Source: a bacterium (GTDB lineage Bacteria > UBP6 > UBA1177 > JAKLFG01). From it: a stretch of 64,000 nt of DNA. Positions 19,774-29,709 of this stretch are shown here, piece by piece (the stretch's first letter is position 1; each line of letters starts with the position of its first letter). The notes under the pieces are model-generated. The model did no database searches and had not been told where the DNA came from. It worked only from the letters and a program-made list of their open reading frames with translations. A program made the position numbers and the translations under genes. The DNA lies in NCBI GenBank assembly GCA_022709425.1, contig JAKLIW010000005.1, forward strand, positions 1,422-65,421, read 5' to 3'.

Positions 19774-20612
19774 TGAAGCTCAAGAAGCGCGCCACACTCA
19801 GCAAGTTCCTTACGATACGACCACAGGATGCGGTGTGCGATCTCTATTTCCCCGAATCGGTCGACGATATCGTCCGTTTCACGGTGCTCGAGCGCGATTA
19901 TCATCTGCTCGGCGGCGGCTCGAATGTCATCGCCGGGGCGGTGAGAAAGCCGGTCATTACGCTCGCTCTTCTGGAGGGGCGTAGCGCCACCGAGGATATC
20001 GACAACCGGCAGGTCGCCGTTTCGATGCCGGCGTGGGTCCGCGTCGCGCCGCTTATCGACTATCTCATCGCCAACGGCCTGACGGGTCTCGAATTCATGG
20101 CGGGTATCCCCGGTACCGTCGGCGGCGCCATCGTCGGCAACGCCGCGCCGAAGGGACATAGTTGGGACGGGATCGTCCGTTCGGTCGTTTATGTGAAGGA
20201 GGGGAGCGTCATGACCGCCTCCCCGCGATTCGGGTACCGGCGTATTCTCGACATGCCCGAACCGCCCTATATCCTGCTTGCCGCCGAACTCATCCTAGCT
20301 AAGGATACGGCCGCGAAGATAAAAGAGCGGGTGCGCGGGTTCATGAAGGAACGCATCACGATACCCTATCCGTCGGCCGGATCGCTGTTCAGGAATCCCG
20401 ACGGGGCATCGGCGGGAAAACTGCTCGAAGAGGCGGGCTGCAAGGGGCTGGCAATGGGCGATGCGGCGCTCTACGAAAAGCATGCGAACATCGTGGTGAA
20501 CAAGGGTAACGCCCGCTCGGCCGACTTCGTGGCGCTCCGCGAAGAGGCGATCGCACGCGTTCAGAAAAAGCACGGTATCCATCTGGAACCGGAAGTGAGA
20601 TTCTGGCAGTAA
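19770..20612 (+). CDS. murB: UDP-N-acetylenolpyruvoylglucosamine reductase MurB
   Basis: FAD-binding PCMH-type N-domain (LGGGSNV) and MurB C-domain. ATGA overlap with murC. Confidence 0.88.
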   Translation: MMKLKKRATLSKFLTIRPQDAVCDLYFPESVDDIVRFTVLERDYHLLGGGSNVIAGAVRKPVITLALLEGRSATEDIDNRQVAVSMPAWVRVAPLIDYLIANGLTGLEFMAGIPGTVGGAIVGNAAPKGHSWDGIVRSVVYVKEGSVMTASPRFGYRRILDMPEPPYILLAAELILAKDTAAKIKERVRGFMKERITIPYPSAGSLFRNPDGASAGKLLEEAGCKGLAMGDAALYEKHANIVVNKGNARSADFVALREEAIARVQKKHGIHLEPEVRFWQ

Positions 20613-20625
20613 AGGAGTTGACGAT

Positions 20626-21528
20626 ATGGAACTGACGAAGAACACCCGCATCGCGGTCGTGATGGGCGGCCTGTCGGACGAACGGGAGATCAGCCTGCAG
20701 TCGGGCGGTCTCATCGCCGATGCGCTCGTGAAAGGCGGATACACCGCCGTGACGAAGGTCGACATGGGCCGCGACATAGACACCGTTCTGCGCTCGCTCA
20801 AACCCGATGTCGTATTCAACGCCCTCCACGGCACGTGGGGCGAGGACGGCCGGATACAGGGACTGCTTGACATCATCGGCATCCCCTACACCGGATCGGG
20901 GGTCGCCGCATCGGCGGTCGGGATGAACAAGATACTGACCAAGATGGTGATGCGCCGCTTGGGCATCCCGGCGGCCGACGACCGGGTGGTCGAAGCGGTC
21001 TCCGGCATGATCGCGCCGATGCCCTACCCCTTCGTCTTCAAGGATCCCGAGAACGGATCGAGCAAGGGGGTCTTCATCGTCCGCGACCAGATCGGCTGGC
21101 GTGAAGCGCTTGCGCAGACCGTCGGCAAGCGGATGCTCGTCGAAGAGTATGTCAAAGGGCGCGAGATCACGGTGGCGGTCCTCGGCGATACGGTGCTGGG
21201 CGATGTCGAGATCGTACCGGCCAAGGAGTTCTACGACTATGAAGCGAAATATTTCGACGACCATACCCGCTATGTCGCCGATCCCGACTATGATCCGGTG
21301 GTGCGCGAGGCGATGCGCCGCGAAGCGCTCGATCTGCACCGGGCGCTCGGCTGCCGCGGGGCGACCCGTAGCGACTTCATCGTGACGCCTTCGCGCCACA
21401 TCATGCTCGAGATAAACACCCTGCCCGGGATGACCGGTCATTCGCTCGTCCCGATGGCGGCGGCGCGGCGCGGCATCGATTATCTGACCCTCATCGAACG
21501 GCTGCTTGAGGAGGCGCTCGCGGCATGA
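20626..21528 (+). CDS. ddl: D-alanine--D-alanine ligase Ddl
   Basis: ATP-grasp fold. LHGTWGEDGRIQGLLDIIGIPYTGSG motif region. Confidence 0.92.
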   Translation: MELTKNTRIAVVMGGLSDEREISLQSGGLIADALVKGGYTAVTKVDMGRDIDTVLRSLKPDVVFNALHGTWGEDGRIQGLLDIIGIPYTGSGVAASAVGMNKILTKMVMRRLGIPAADDRVVEAVSGMIAPMPYPFVFKDPENGSSKGVFIVRDQIGWREALAQTVGKRMLVEEYVKGREITVAVLGDTVLGDVEIVPAKEFYDYEAKYFDDHTRYVADPDYDPVVREAMRREALDLHRALGCRGATRSDFIVTPSRHIMLEINTLPGMTGHSLVPMAAARRGIDYLTLIERLLEEALAA

Positions 21529-22355
21529 GAAAAGCGCTCTCGATCATCGTTATGACCGGGCTCATGCTTTTCGTCTGGATGACCGCCGGGGTCTTCACCG
21601 CCTTTTTCGTTCATACCGAACGGTACGCCGGAAAGGTCCGTTCCAGCGACGAATTCGCCGTGACGCCCGAGAAGGTGACGGTCGAGGGGATTGCTCACCT
21701 GACGCGCGATGAGGTGCTGCTACTCGCGGGTTTCGATCGCCGCATGAGCTGGTTCGACGTTGACGAACATCGCGCGGCGCTGTTCATCCGTTCCAACGGC
21801 TGGATAAAGGAATGCGAGGTGCAGACGATATTCCCCGACCGCGTCCGCATCCGCGTCACCGAATATGAACCGGCGATAGTGGTCAATCGCCGCGAAACGG
21901 AAGGAGAGCGCGGCGAAGGGCTCTACAGCATATGGTTCGCCGATCGCGACGGCGTCATCTTCAAAAAAGCGTTCCCGCGCGAGGGGCGTACCGATCTGCC
22001 GCTTTTTTTCATCGAAAATGAGGCGGGCGCGGAAGTGCGGCCTGATCTTATCAAGCAGGCGATCGCCATCGCCGCCGAGTGGCGGCGGCATGCCGACCTC
22101 TGTTCCCTGCGGAGCATCGGGTACGACGCCTTCGACGGTTTTTCGCTCGAATGCGAGTTCCCGAAACGGCGGACCGCCCGTATCTATCTGGGTGATCCGG
22201 GTGTCGGGGACGATATCATCAAGCGGCGCGGCGGCATTTTCCGCGATGCGGCGCTGCGTCTGCGCGATAAACGGCTCTTCGCCGGCGAGTTCCAGTTCGA
22301 TGCGCGCCGTAGCGGCGATGCGCTCATAGCAGGTCAGGTCGTTCACTATAAGTAG
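21525..22355 (+). CDS. ftsQ: Cell division protein FtsQ (POTRA domain)
   Basis: N-terminal TM followed by a POTRA-like segment (VEGIAHLTRDEVLLLAGF). Position between ddl and ftsA. Confidence 0.8.
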   Translation: MRKALSIIVMTGLMLFVWMTAGVFTAFFVHTERYAGKVRSSDEFAVTPEKVTVEGIAHLTRDEVLLLAGFDRRMSWFDVDEHRAALFIRSNGWIKECEVQTIFPDRVRIRVTEYEPAIVVNRRETEGERGEGLYSIWFADRDGVIFKKAFPREGRTDLPLFFIENEAGAEVRPDLIKQAIAIAAEWRRHADLCSLRSIGYDAFDGFSLECEFPKRRTARIYLGDPGVGDDIIKRRGGIFRDAALRLRDKRLFAGEFQFDARRSGDALIAGQVVHYK

Positions 22356-22364
22356 AGGGATATA

Positions 22365-23591
22365 ATGTCGAAGAACGAAAATGTCATTACCGCGCTGGAT
22401 GTGGGAACGGGAAAGGTCACCACGCTGGTCGCCACTGTCTCTCCCGACGGTCGCGTGCAGTTCGTCGGGAAAGGGGTCGCGAAGAACCCCGACGGCATGA
22501 TAAACGGGAATGTCGTCAATATGGAAGCGACGACCCGCGCGATCAACGAGTCGGTCACCGAGGCCGACAAGATCTGCGATGTGCACATCAAGTCGGTCAT
22601 CCTTGGTTTGTCGGGCGAACACATTAGTTCGATCAACAGCCATGGGGTGGTGACCGTGCGTGGCCGCGAGGTTGCGCAGACCGACATGGACCGCGTGGTG
22701 GAGCAGGCGAAGAACATCAGCCTGCCGGCCGACCGGCGCATCGTCGGGGTCGAAGTGGGCGAATATGTTGTCGACGATCAGAGCGGCATCAAGAATCCGC
22801 GCGGTATGGCGGGCAAACGGCTCGAGGTCAAGACCCACGTGGTCACCGCGAGCATCGCGATGATACAGAATCTCGTCAAAAGCGTGACCGATGCCGGTCT
22901 GCAGGTGGAGGATATCGTGGTGGCCGGTCTTGCGTCGAGCGACTCGGTCCTGCAGGAGGATGAGAAACAGCTGGGGGTCGCGGTGGTGGACATCGGCGAC
23001 GGCACCGCCGACATCATCGTCTATAAGCAGGGACGTCTTGCCTATACGGCAGTCGTGCCGATGGGGGGCCGCTATATCACGCGTGACATATCGATCGCGC
23101 TGCGGATGCCGCCCGCCGAGGCGGAACGGATAAAATGCCGCTACGGGTGCGCGGTGCCCGCGTCGGTCAGTCCCGAGGAAGAGATCGAGGTCTGCTGTAT
23201 CGGCGACGAGGAGAAGAAGGTCATTAAATCGCATATCCTTGCCCGCGTCATCGAACCGCGGGTCGAGGAGATCATGGTGAATGTGCGCAAAAAGATACAC
23301 GAGGACATCAAGGAAAGCTTCATCTCCTCCGGTATCGTACTCACGGGCGGTACGGCGAATCTCCGGTATATCAAGGGACTCGCCGAAGAGGTCATCGGAC
23401 TGCCGGTGCGTATCGGCCGGCCGGTCATCACCGACGACAATATGGGGTTCGCGGAGCTTCTGCGCGATCCCGCCTTCGCCACGGCGGTCGGGATGGTGCG
23501 CTACCATCTCCGCAACGGCCGCGTTTCGAAGGAATCGGGCGACGGGCTGTTCGCCCGGATCGGGAAATGGATAGAGAAATTTTTTCAATAG
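22365..23591 (+). CDS. ftsA: Cell division protein FtsA (actin-like ATPase)
   Basis: ALDVGTGKVTTLVA phosphate-1 motif. DIGDGTADIIVY and VLTGGTANL motifs. Confidence 0.95.
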   Translation: MSKNENVITALDVGTGKVTTLVATVSPDGRVQFVGKGVAKNPDGMINGNVVNMEATTRAINESVTEADKICDVHIKSVILGLSGEHISSINSHGVVTVRGREVAQTDMDRVVEQAKNISLPADRRIVGVEVGEYVVDDQSGIKNPRGMAGKRLEVKTHVVTASIAMIQNLVKSVTDAGLQVEDIVVAGLASSDSVLQEDEKQLGVAVVDIGDGTADIIVYKQGRLAYTAVVPMGGRYITRDISIALRMPPAEAERIKCRYGCAVPASVSPEEEIEVCCIGDEEKKVIKSHILARVIEPRVEEIMVNVRKKIHEDIKESFISSGIVLTGGTANLRYIKGLAEEVIGLPVRIGRPVITDDNMGFAELLRDPAFATAVGMVRYHLRNGRVSKESGDGLFARIGKWIEKFFQ

Positions 23592-23603
23592 AGGGAGGAC
23601 GGC

Positions 23604-25064
23604 ATGAACGCGAGAAATGGGAACCCGCTCGTGAGGATCGGCGTCATGGGGGTCGGCGGCGCCGGCGGCAACGCCGTCAACCGGATCGTGCAGGAGCGCG
23701 ATGTCTGCAATGAGGGCGGCGCCAACAGCGTCTTCAACGACATCGTGATACTCGCGGCCAACACCGATACGCAGGATCTCGAGAAGTCGAAGGCCGAAAG
23801 CCGGATACAGCTCGGGGCCAACCGCACCTGCGGTTGGGGCGCCGGTGCGCACCCCGAGGTGGGCCGCGAATCGGCCGAGGAGAGCCGCGTGGAGATCGCC
23901 AACAACATCGACGGTCTCGATATGCTCTTCATCACCGCCGGCATGGGCGGCGGCACCGGCACCGGCGCATCGCCGGTCGTCGCGGAGGTGGCCAAGCAGG
24001 CGGGGATACTGACGGTCGGCGTGGTGACCACCCCCTTCTGTTTCGAGGGGCGCAAGAAGATGCGGATCGCGCAGGAGGGGCTCGAACAGCTCCGGGCGCA
24101 GGTCGATACGCTGGTGGTCATCCCCAACGAGAAGCTCGTCGCCATCGCCGAAGAGCGGGCGAGCTATACCGAGATGTTCAAGCGCTCCGACGATGTGCTT
24201 ACCAACGCGGTGCGGTCGCTGTCGGTACTTATCGCCAACAAGTCGCTGGTCAATGTCGATTTCGCCGATGTCCGCACCACCATGGTCGGCATGGGTACCG
24301 CGATGATCGGGATCGGCGCGGCGGCGGGTGAAAGCGCTGCGGTGAACGCCGTCAAGGAGGCGCTCAACAATCCGCTCCTGTCGGACGTTTCGATAAAGGG
24401 GGCGCGGCGCGCCCTTCTGCACCTCGGCGGCATGAGCATACCGATCCGCGAACTCGACGAGGCGGCGAAGTATATATCGGAACAGCTCCATGAGGATGCC
24501 GATTTCATCTGGGGCGTTTCGGTCGACGAAACGGCCGATAAGGTGTATGCGCTGGTCGTCGCGGAGGCGTCGCAGACCGCCCGTCCGCCGATGCAGAATT
24601 TTACCGCGGCGGCCACCGGACTGCGCGGCGTCACGAAGGATTCGCAGATATCCATGTTCGATATGACCGCGACCTCACCCGCCGCCAAGGCCGAAACGGT
24701 CAAACAGAACACACCGGTCCATGCCGAACCGCAATTAGTCCCCGAGCCGGTCCGGACCGCCGCACAGGCGGGATCGGTGTCGCCGGTGGCGGTGCTGAGG
24801 GATTCGACCAACAAGGTCGATTTCTCCTCCGAGAAGGTGCTGTTCCAGCTTCCCGAGGATATTTCCACCGATCCCAACGATCCCAATGTCCCGGCCATCT
24901 ACCGCCAGAAGAATCAGCAAAAGAATGCCGACGCGGCCCCATCGGCCGTCGCCGCTCCGGTGCCGCCCGTCCATAAAGAGCCGGCGGCAAAACGGATCGA
25001 TGAACGGCAGACGACGCTCCTGACGGTGAATGCCGCCGTCAAGAACGGCCATAATCAGCAGTGA
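23604..25064 (+). CDS. ftsZ: Cell division GTPase FtsZ with long Pro/Ala-rich C-terminal linker
   Basis: GGGTGTGASPVVA tubulin signature, T7 loop region. About 170-aa disordered linker, then conserved C-terminal peptide. Confidence 0.97.
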   Translation: MNARNGNPLVRIGVMGVGGAGGNAVNRIVQERDVCNEGGANSVFNDIVILAANTDTQDLEKSKAESRIQLGANRTCGWGAGAHPEVGRESAEESRVEIANNIDGLDMLFITAGMGGGTGTGASPVVAEVAKQAGILTVGVVTTPFCFEGRKKMRIAQEGLEQLRAQVDTLVVIPNEKLVAIAEERASYTEMFKRSDDVLTNAVRSLSVLIANKSLVNVDFADVRTTMVGMGTAMIGIGAAAGESAAVNAVKEALNNPLLSDVSIKGARRALLHLGGMSIPIRELDEAAKYISEQLHEDADFIWGVSVDETADKVYALVVAEASQTARPPMQNFTAAATGLRGVTKDSQISMFDMTATSPAAKAETVKQNTPVHAEPQLVPEPVRTAAQAGSVSPVAVLRDSTNKVDFSSEKVLFQLPEDISTDPNDPNVPAIYRQKNQQKNADAAPSAVAAPVPPVHKEPAAKRIDERQTTLLTVNAAVKNGHNQQ

Positions 25065-26437
25065 GGCGCGCAGGGGTAGCCTACCTATTCCCTGCGCAGC
25101 GGCGCGTCGCCCTCTCCAATCTCGCCCCGCACTATTTTTTCGGCGCCTTCCGTGAAAGCCACGGACTCGACCTATTGTTCGACGGCGAGGAGCGATCGCT
25201 TCTCGACCGGCGGCGTCCCGGCGAATTCGCCGTCATCTTCGCGGGGCTTTCCTACGAGCCGTCGTATCTGACCTTCGTCCGCTACCTCGTGACCCACGGC
25301 ATACCGGTACTCAAGAGCGACCGGCCCGCCGGAAAATTCCCGCTCATCATCGCGGGGGGCGTCGCGCCGTCGCTGAACCCCCAGCCGCTTCTCGACATCT
25401 GCGACGCGGTCCTCTGCGGCGAGGCGGAGCCGATGCACGACGATCTCACGGCGCTGCTCGACGATCCCGCGACGACGCTTGAACTCATCGCCGAACTTCA
25501 GTACGCCGCGAAGCCCGGCAGGAAGCCCCATATCATACAGGCGGCGGCCGGGTCCTTCGCCGTCCACAGCCACCCGGACCTCGTGGCCGAAGGGAACGAA
25601 TTCGGTGGTCGCACGGTGCTGGAACTTGACCGCGGCTGTGTCGGCAAGTGTTTCTTCTGTGCGGCGCGGCACCTCTACGGCGAAAGCCGCGAGGCCGACC
25701 GCCACTTGATAACCCACGCGGCGGAAGAGGCCTTCCGGCGCGGCGAGGATATCGCTCTGCTCGGCACCGGACTTGAAAGCGTCTCCTACTTCGACGACCT
25801 GCTTGACCGCGCGATAGCGGCGGGACGCACTGTGTCGCTCTCGTCGGTCCGCATCGCCGGGTTCACGCCGGATCGGGCATCGCGGCTCGCGGCGGCCGGG
25901 GTCAAAACGGTGACGCTCGCCCCCGAAAGCATGGTCGGGGCGACCCGGTCACGCATCGGCAAACCGCTCGCCGACGACGAACTCTTCGCCGCATTCGAGA
26001 TAGCGAAAGAGCATCACTTCAAGGTGAAACTCTACCTCATGGCGGGACTCCCCGGCGGCGATAGCGCGGCGGAGGCGCAGGCGCTCATCGCATTCTTCGC
26101 CGAACTCAAAAAACGGAAACTCACCGTGCCGCTCTCGCTCTCGGTATCGCCCTTCTGTCCCAAACCGGGGACGCCGTTCCACGGCAAGGCGCTGATGCCG
26201 AAAAAGGAGTATGAACGCCTCCGCGCGGCGGTGATGCGCGGCCTCGACAAGCTGATGCCGCAGATGCCGGTCGAATGGTTCTCGTGGCGCGAGTCGCTCC
26301 TGCAGACCGCCTTCGACCGGATGGACGCCGCCGACGGCGCCGCGTTCCTCGCCGCCTACGCCGACACCGCCAACCTCCGCACCGCCGAAAAACGCTCCGG
26401 CATCCGACTGGAAGACACGGCCGGTCTTGTCGGCTGA
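25061..26437 (+). CDS. B12-binding-domain radical SAM protein
   Basis: CVGKCFFC (CxxxCxxC) radical SAM cluster motif at about residue 195. It is preceded by a Rossmann-like segment (PLIIAGGVAPSLNP...DAVLCGEAE) typical of class B radical SAM enzymes. GTG at 25061 overlaps the ftsZ stop. Exact start uncertain. Confidence 0.6.
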   Translation: MRRAGVAYLFPAQRRVALSNLAPHYFFGAFRESHGLDLLFDGEERSLLDRRRPGEFAVIFAGLSYEPSYLTFVRYLVTHGIPVLKSDRPAGKFPLIIAGGVAPSLNPQPLLDICDAVLCGEAEPMHDDLTALLDDPATTLELIAELQYAAKPGRKPHIIQAAAGSFAVHSHPDLVAEGNEFGGRTVLELDRGCVGKCFFCAARHLYGESREADRHLITHAAEEAFRRGEDIALLGTGLESVSYFDDLLDRAIAAGRTVSLSSVRIAGFTPDRASRLAAAGVKTVTLAPESMVGATRSRIGKPLADDELFAAFEIAKEHHFKVKLYLMAGLPGGDSAAEAQALIAFFAELKKRKLTVPLSLSVSPFCPKPGTPFHGKALMPKKEYERLRAAVMRGLDKLMPQMPVEWFSWRESLLQTAFDRMDAADGAAFLAAYADTANLRTAEKRSGIRLEDTAGLVG

Positions 26438-26552
26438 AAAACCCTGTAAATCCGTGTTGCTATCAAAAATTACTGTCTTTTCCCGGCCGGTTATGATAAA
26501 AACCGGTCTGCGGCGGTACTATAGAGGCGTGTTTTTTGACAGGGAGGCAGAT

Positions 26553-29500
26553 ATGAAGGCAAGACATTTCACTTATGTTATCATGGTATTGCTCGCGGCG
26601 ATATTCTTCGCGTCCTGCGAGAACAACAGCAACGATCCCGGGAATGTCGTCCCTGACGATACCGGTGCTATCGAGGTGACCGACGAAGGGGAATTCGTGA
26701 CCGCCGGCAACGGCAAGAACAGCAACAATTACGGCGAGGATGCCGCCGCCACCGACGAAGCGGGGGCCCCCAGCAACGAGGACGACAGGGGGGGCGATGC
26801 CTCCCGCGAGATCGTCGAGGCCGATATCTATAAGGTAGAGGGAAGCATCCTTTATGTGCTCAACCAATACCGCGGACTGATCGCGATCGATGTGACCGAC
26901 CCGACGGCGCTCAAGATCGTCGGCCGCACCTCGTTCAAGGGTATGCCTTTCGAGATGTACGTTCAGGAAGGACGCGCCTATGTCATGGTGACCGGCCTGC
27001 GTTATAACCCCGACGAAGAGGGCGGCGAGGATGGCTACTACGATGCGTCGCGGACCTTTAGCGAACTGATCGTGGTCGATGTCGCCGACCCGGCGAAGCA
27101 GAAGATACTCGGCCGCCACATGATGGAAGGGACCATCATCGATTCGCGGCAGGTGGGCGATGTCCTCTATGTCGCGGCGAGCGAGAACGAATATTATTGG
27201 TATTACTGCGACCATTCGGAGATGCGTGGGAACAATCAGATCACCCTCATGTCGCTCAATATCGCCGACCCGGCCGACATCTATCAGGCAGATGTGGAGC
27301 ATCTTGAGGGTACCGGCTACGCGCTCTATGTGACCGATCACAGCATCTATGTCGCCGAGACCAACTATTCCTACTGGGAACAGGGCTACTACACCGACGG
27401 CGTCCCGGTGCACTATTTCGATATCAGCGATCCCGACGGCACGATCGTCAAGAAGAGCGAATTCAAGACGCGCGGATATATCGGCGATCGCTGGAAGATG
27501 CACGAGAAGGATGGCATCTTCTTCGCGGTGACCACCACCAGCCAGTGGAGCAACGGTGAGACCACCGTCGAGGCGTTCGACGTGACCGATCCGGCCGCCC
27601 CGGCGAAGATATCCGACTTCACCTTCATGCAGGACCAGCAACTCTACGGCGCGCGGTTCGACGGGAACCGGCTCTATGCCGTCACCTATTTCCGGCAGGA
27701 CCCGCTCCATGTCATCGACATCACCGATCCGGCCAAGATGAGCGAACTCGGTCAGCTGGCGGTCCCCGGCTGGTCGACCCATATCGAGATCCGCGGCACC
27801 AAACTGCTCACCGTCGGCATCGACGATCAGGACGGCTGGGCAGCCAAGGTGTCGATGTATGATGTGACCGACCCGGCCAATCCGACTGAAATGACCACCG
27901 TATCGCTGGGCGGCAGTGAGAACGGCTATTCGTGGAGCGAAGCGACGAGCGACTGGAAGGCGTTCAAGATCTATGACGCCATCGGCCTCATTCTCGTTCC
28001 GACCACCGAATGGAACTACGAATCCTACCGCGATGTCAATAAGCTTCACCTTATCGATTTCGATCTGGAGAAGGGGCTCACCAAGCGCGGTTCGGTCGAG
28101 AGTCCCGGTTATGTGCGGCGCGGCGTGGTGGTGGGCGACTACATCGCCAGCGTCGGCGATACCACCGTCATGATGGTTGAATACAGCGACCGCGACAAAC
28201 CGGAGATCCTTTCCAGTCTGCCGGTCGCCTATCCGGTCGAGAATCTCTTCGCCTGCGCCGGAAAACTCTGCGGCACCAAGGGGAACTCGTGGTACGACAG
28301 CGACATTCGCTTGGCTACCTACGATGCGGCCAAGGATTATCCGGTGAACTGGACTTCCGACCGCATCCGCGGCCAGTATATCTATTCAATGCAGAACACC
28401 GCCAAGGCGGTCACGATGTTCAGCTACGACTACGGCTACCGCACCCTTGAGGACGGTTCGCAGCAGTATCAGGAGGGGGTCTACGCGACCCGCTTCAACC
28501 TCGCGGCGGGCAAGAACCCCGCCTTCGCCGGATCGGTCGCGCTCGAGATGCCCCCGCAGGAAGAGACCGACGGCGACTACTGGTACTGGTACGGCCGCGC
28601 CTTCGCGGTGGCCGAGAGCAAGGCGGCCGGGATGATGAGCTCCCGCTACGACTACTACTGCCTTGAGGATGGCATGCCGATGGAGTGCGCCAGCGACGGG
28701 GCCTACGACAACTATTACTATTACAACAAATCGAAGCTGGCGGTCTACGATCTCACCGACATGAGCGGGGATTCGGTCGCGCCGGTCATCATCGACAAGG
28801 AGTTCCGCGCCGTTTCCTACGACAATAACATTATCGCCCGCGGCGACAAACTGTGGCTCACCGACTGCAAACTGCACGCGTGGGATAGCGAAGGACGTGA
28901 ACTGCTCATCTGCTATGCGCAGGCGGTCGATGTGTCCGATCCCGCCAAACCGGTGCTTGCCGAGAAGTACAATATCCCGGGCGAACTGGTCGGTATGAGC
29001 GACGACGGCACCATCTTCTACACCCTGATGCGCACGTGGATCAAGACCGACGAGAACGGCAAACGCGACGGTTACTACTACAACAGCAGCTACCTGTACC
29101 ACATGAACATCCTCAAGAAGAGCGCCGACGGCAAAAAGCTCCAGATCGTCAAGGTGATCCCGTATCACGAAGAGTACACCTACACCGAGAACACCTCGGA
29201 GTACCTCTGGAGCAGTTACATTATTCAGGATAAAACCCTCTTCTTCAACACCATGAAGCAGGTCTATCACTGGGAGGAGACGCAGTGTTCCTACTACTCA
29301 TCGACCATGGAGCGCACCTCGACGGTGGTCGCGTATAACGGCGTGACCGGCGCCAAATTGATGGAAGATGTGATAGCGGACGGCGTGGGTATCGCCAATG
29401 TCGACGGCGGCGGCATACTCGTCCTGCGTCAACCCAACGACGGGTACTACTACTATTACTACGGGTCGGCCTCCAACGAGTACACCTATGTCGCGCAGGA

Positions 29501-29651
29501 CGGCACGATGACCGAGATCACCCTGCCCGAAGCGTCGTACTACGCCGACGATTACTACTACTACAACGGCAACAAGGCGGTGAAGGATGGCGACAACCTG
29601 ATCATCGCGCGCGGGTGGGAAGGGCTCACCACCGTTTCCCTCAAACCGTAA
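26553..29651 (+). CDS. Large lipoprotein with LVIVD-type beta-propeller repeats and Tyr-rich clusters
   Basis: Start set to the ATG at 26553 (AGGGAGG upstream), inside track ORF 26427..29651, giving a lipoprotein signal (LLAAIFFASC). Recurrent (V/I)DV(T/S)DP(A/T)xP motifs (IDVTDPTALK, VDVADPAKQK, FDVTDPAAPAK, IDITDPAKM, YDVTDPANPT, VDVSDPAKPV) match the LVIVD repeat consensus. Oligo-Tyr runs (YYYYYYG, DDYYYYNGNK, DNYYYYNKSK). Confidence 0.7.
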   Translation: MKARHFTYVIMVLLAAIFFASCENNSNDPGNVVPDDTGAIEVTDEGEFVTAGNGKNSNNYGEDAAATDEAGAPSNEDDRGGDASREIVEADIYKVEGSILYVLNQYRGLIAIDVTDPTALKIVGRTSFKGMPFEMYVQEGRAYVMVTGLRYNPDEEGGEDGYYDASRTFSELIVVDVADPAKQKILGRHMMEGTIIDSRQVGDVLYVAASENEYYWYYCDHSEMRGNNQITLMSLNIADPADIYQADVEHLEGTGYALYVTDHSIYVAETNYSYWEQGYYTDGVPVHYFDISDPDGTIVKKSEFKTRGYIGDRWKMHEKDGIFFAVTTTSQWSNGETTVEAFDVTDPAAPAKISDFTFMQDQQLYGARFDGNRLYAVTYFRQDPLHVIDITDPAKMSELGQLAVPGWSTHIEIRGTKLLTVGIDDQDGWAAKVSMYDVTDPANPTEMTTVSLGGSENGYSWSEATSDWKAFKIYDAIGLILVPTTEWNYESYRDVNKLHLIDFDLEKGLTKRGSVESPGYVRRGVVVGDYIASVGDTTVMMVEYSDRDKPEILSSLPVAYPVENLFACAGKLCGTKGNSWYDSDIRLATYDAAKDYPVNWTSDRIRGQYIYSMQNTAKAVTMFSYDYGYRTLEDGSQQYQEGVYATRFNLAAGKNPAFAGSVALEMPPQEETDGDYWYWYGRAFAVAESKAAGMMSSRYDYYCLEDGMPMECASDGAYDNYYYYNKSKLAVYDLTDMSGDSVAPVIIDKEFRAVSYDNNIIARGDKLWLTDCKLHAWDSEGRELLICYAQAVDVSDPAKPVLAEKYNIPGELVGMSDDGTIFYTLMRTWIKTDENGKRDGYYYNSSYLYHMNILKKSADGKKLQIVKVIPYHEEYTYTENTSEYLWSSYIIQDKTLFFNTMKQVYHWEETQCSYYSSTMERTSTVVAYNGVTGAKLMEDVIADGVGIANVDGGGILVLRQPNDGYYYYYYGSASNEYTYVAQDGTMTEITLPEASYYADDYYYYNGNKAVKDGDNLIIARGWEGLTTVSLKP

Positions 29652-29679
29652 TTCTCAAGAAAGTTCTGGCAAGAGCGAT

Positions 29680-29707
29680 GGGGGACCTGCGGGTCCCCCG
29701 TTTTTTT
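29680..29707 (+). terminator. Rho-independent terminator between convergent genes
   Basis: GGGGGACC-tgcg-GGTCCCCC perfect 8-bp GC stem followed by TTTTTTT, 29 nt after the lipoprotein stop. mltG ends 3 nt further on the opposite strand. Confidence 0.8.
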
Positions 29708-29709
29708 GG

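Noticed and set aside
21720-24491. 923-aa minus-strand ORF spanning ftsQ, ftsA and ftsZ
   Set aside because: It is antisense to three well-supported conserved genes in a 65% GC background, where long stop-free reverse frames are expected. Its translation is Arg/Gly/Asp-rich low complexity with no domain motifs.
26463-29270. Minus-strand ORFs 26463..28049 (528 aa) and 28386..29270 (294 aa)
   Set aside because: Antisense to the LVIVD lipoprotein gene, which has RBS, lipobox and repeat-domain support. The antisense products are low-complexity.
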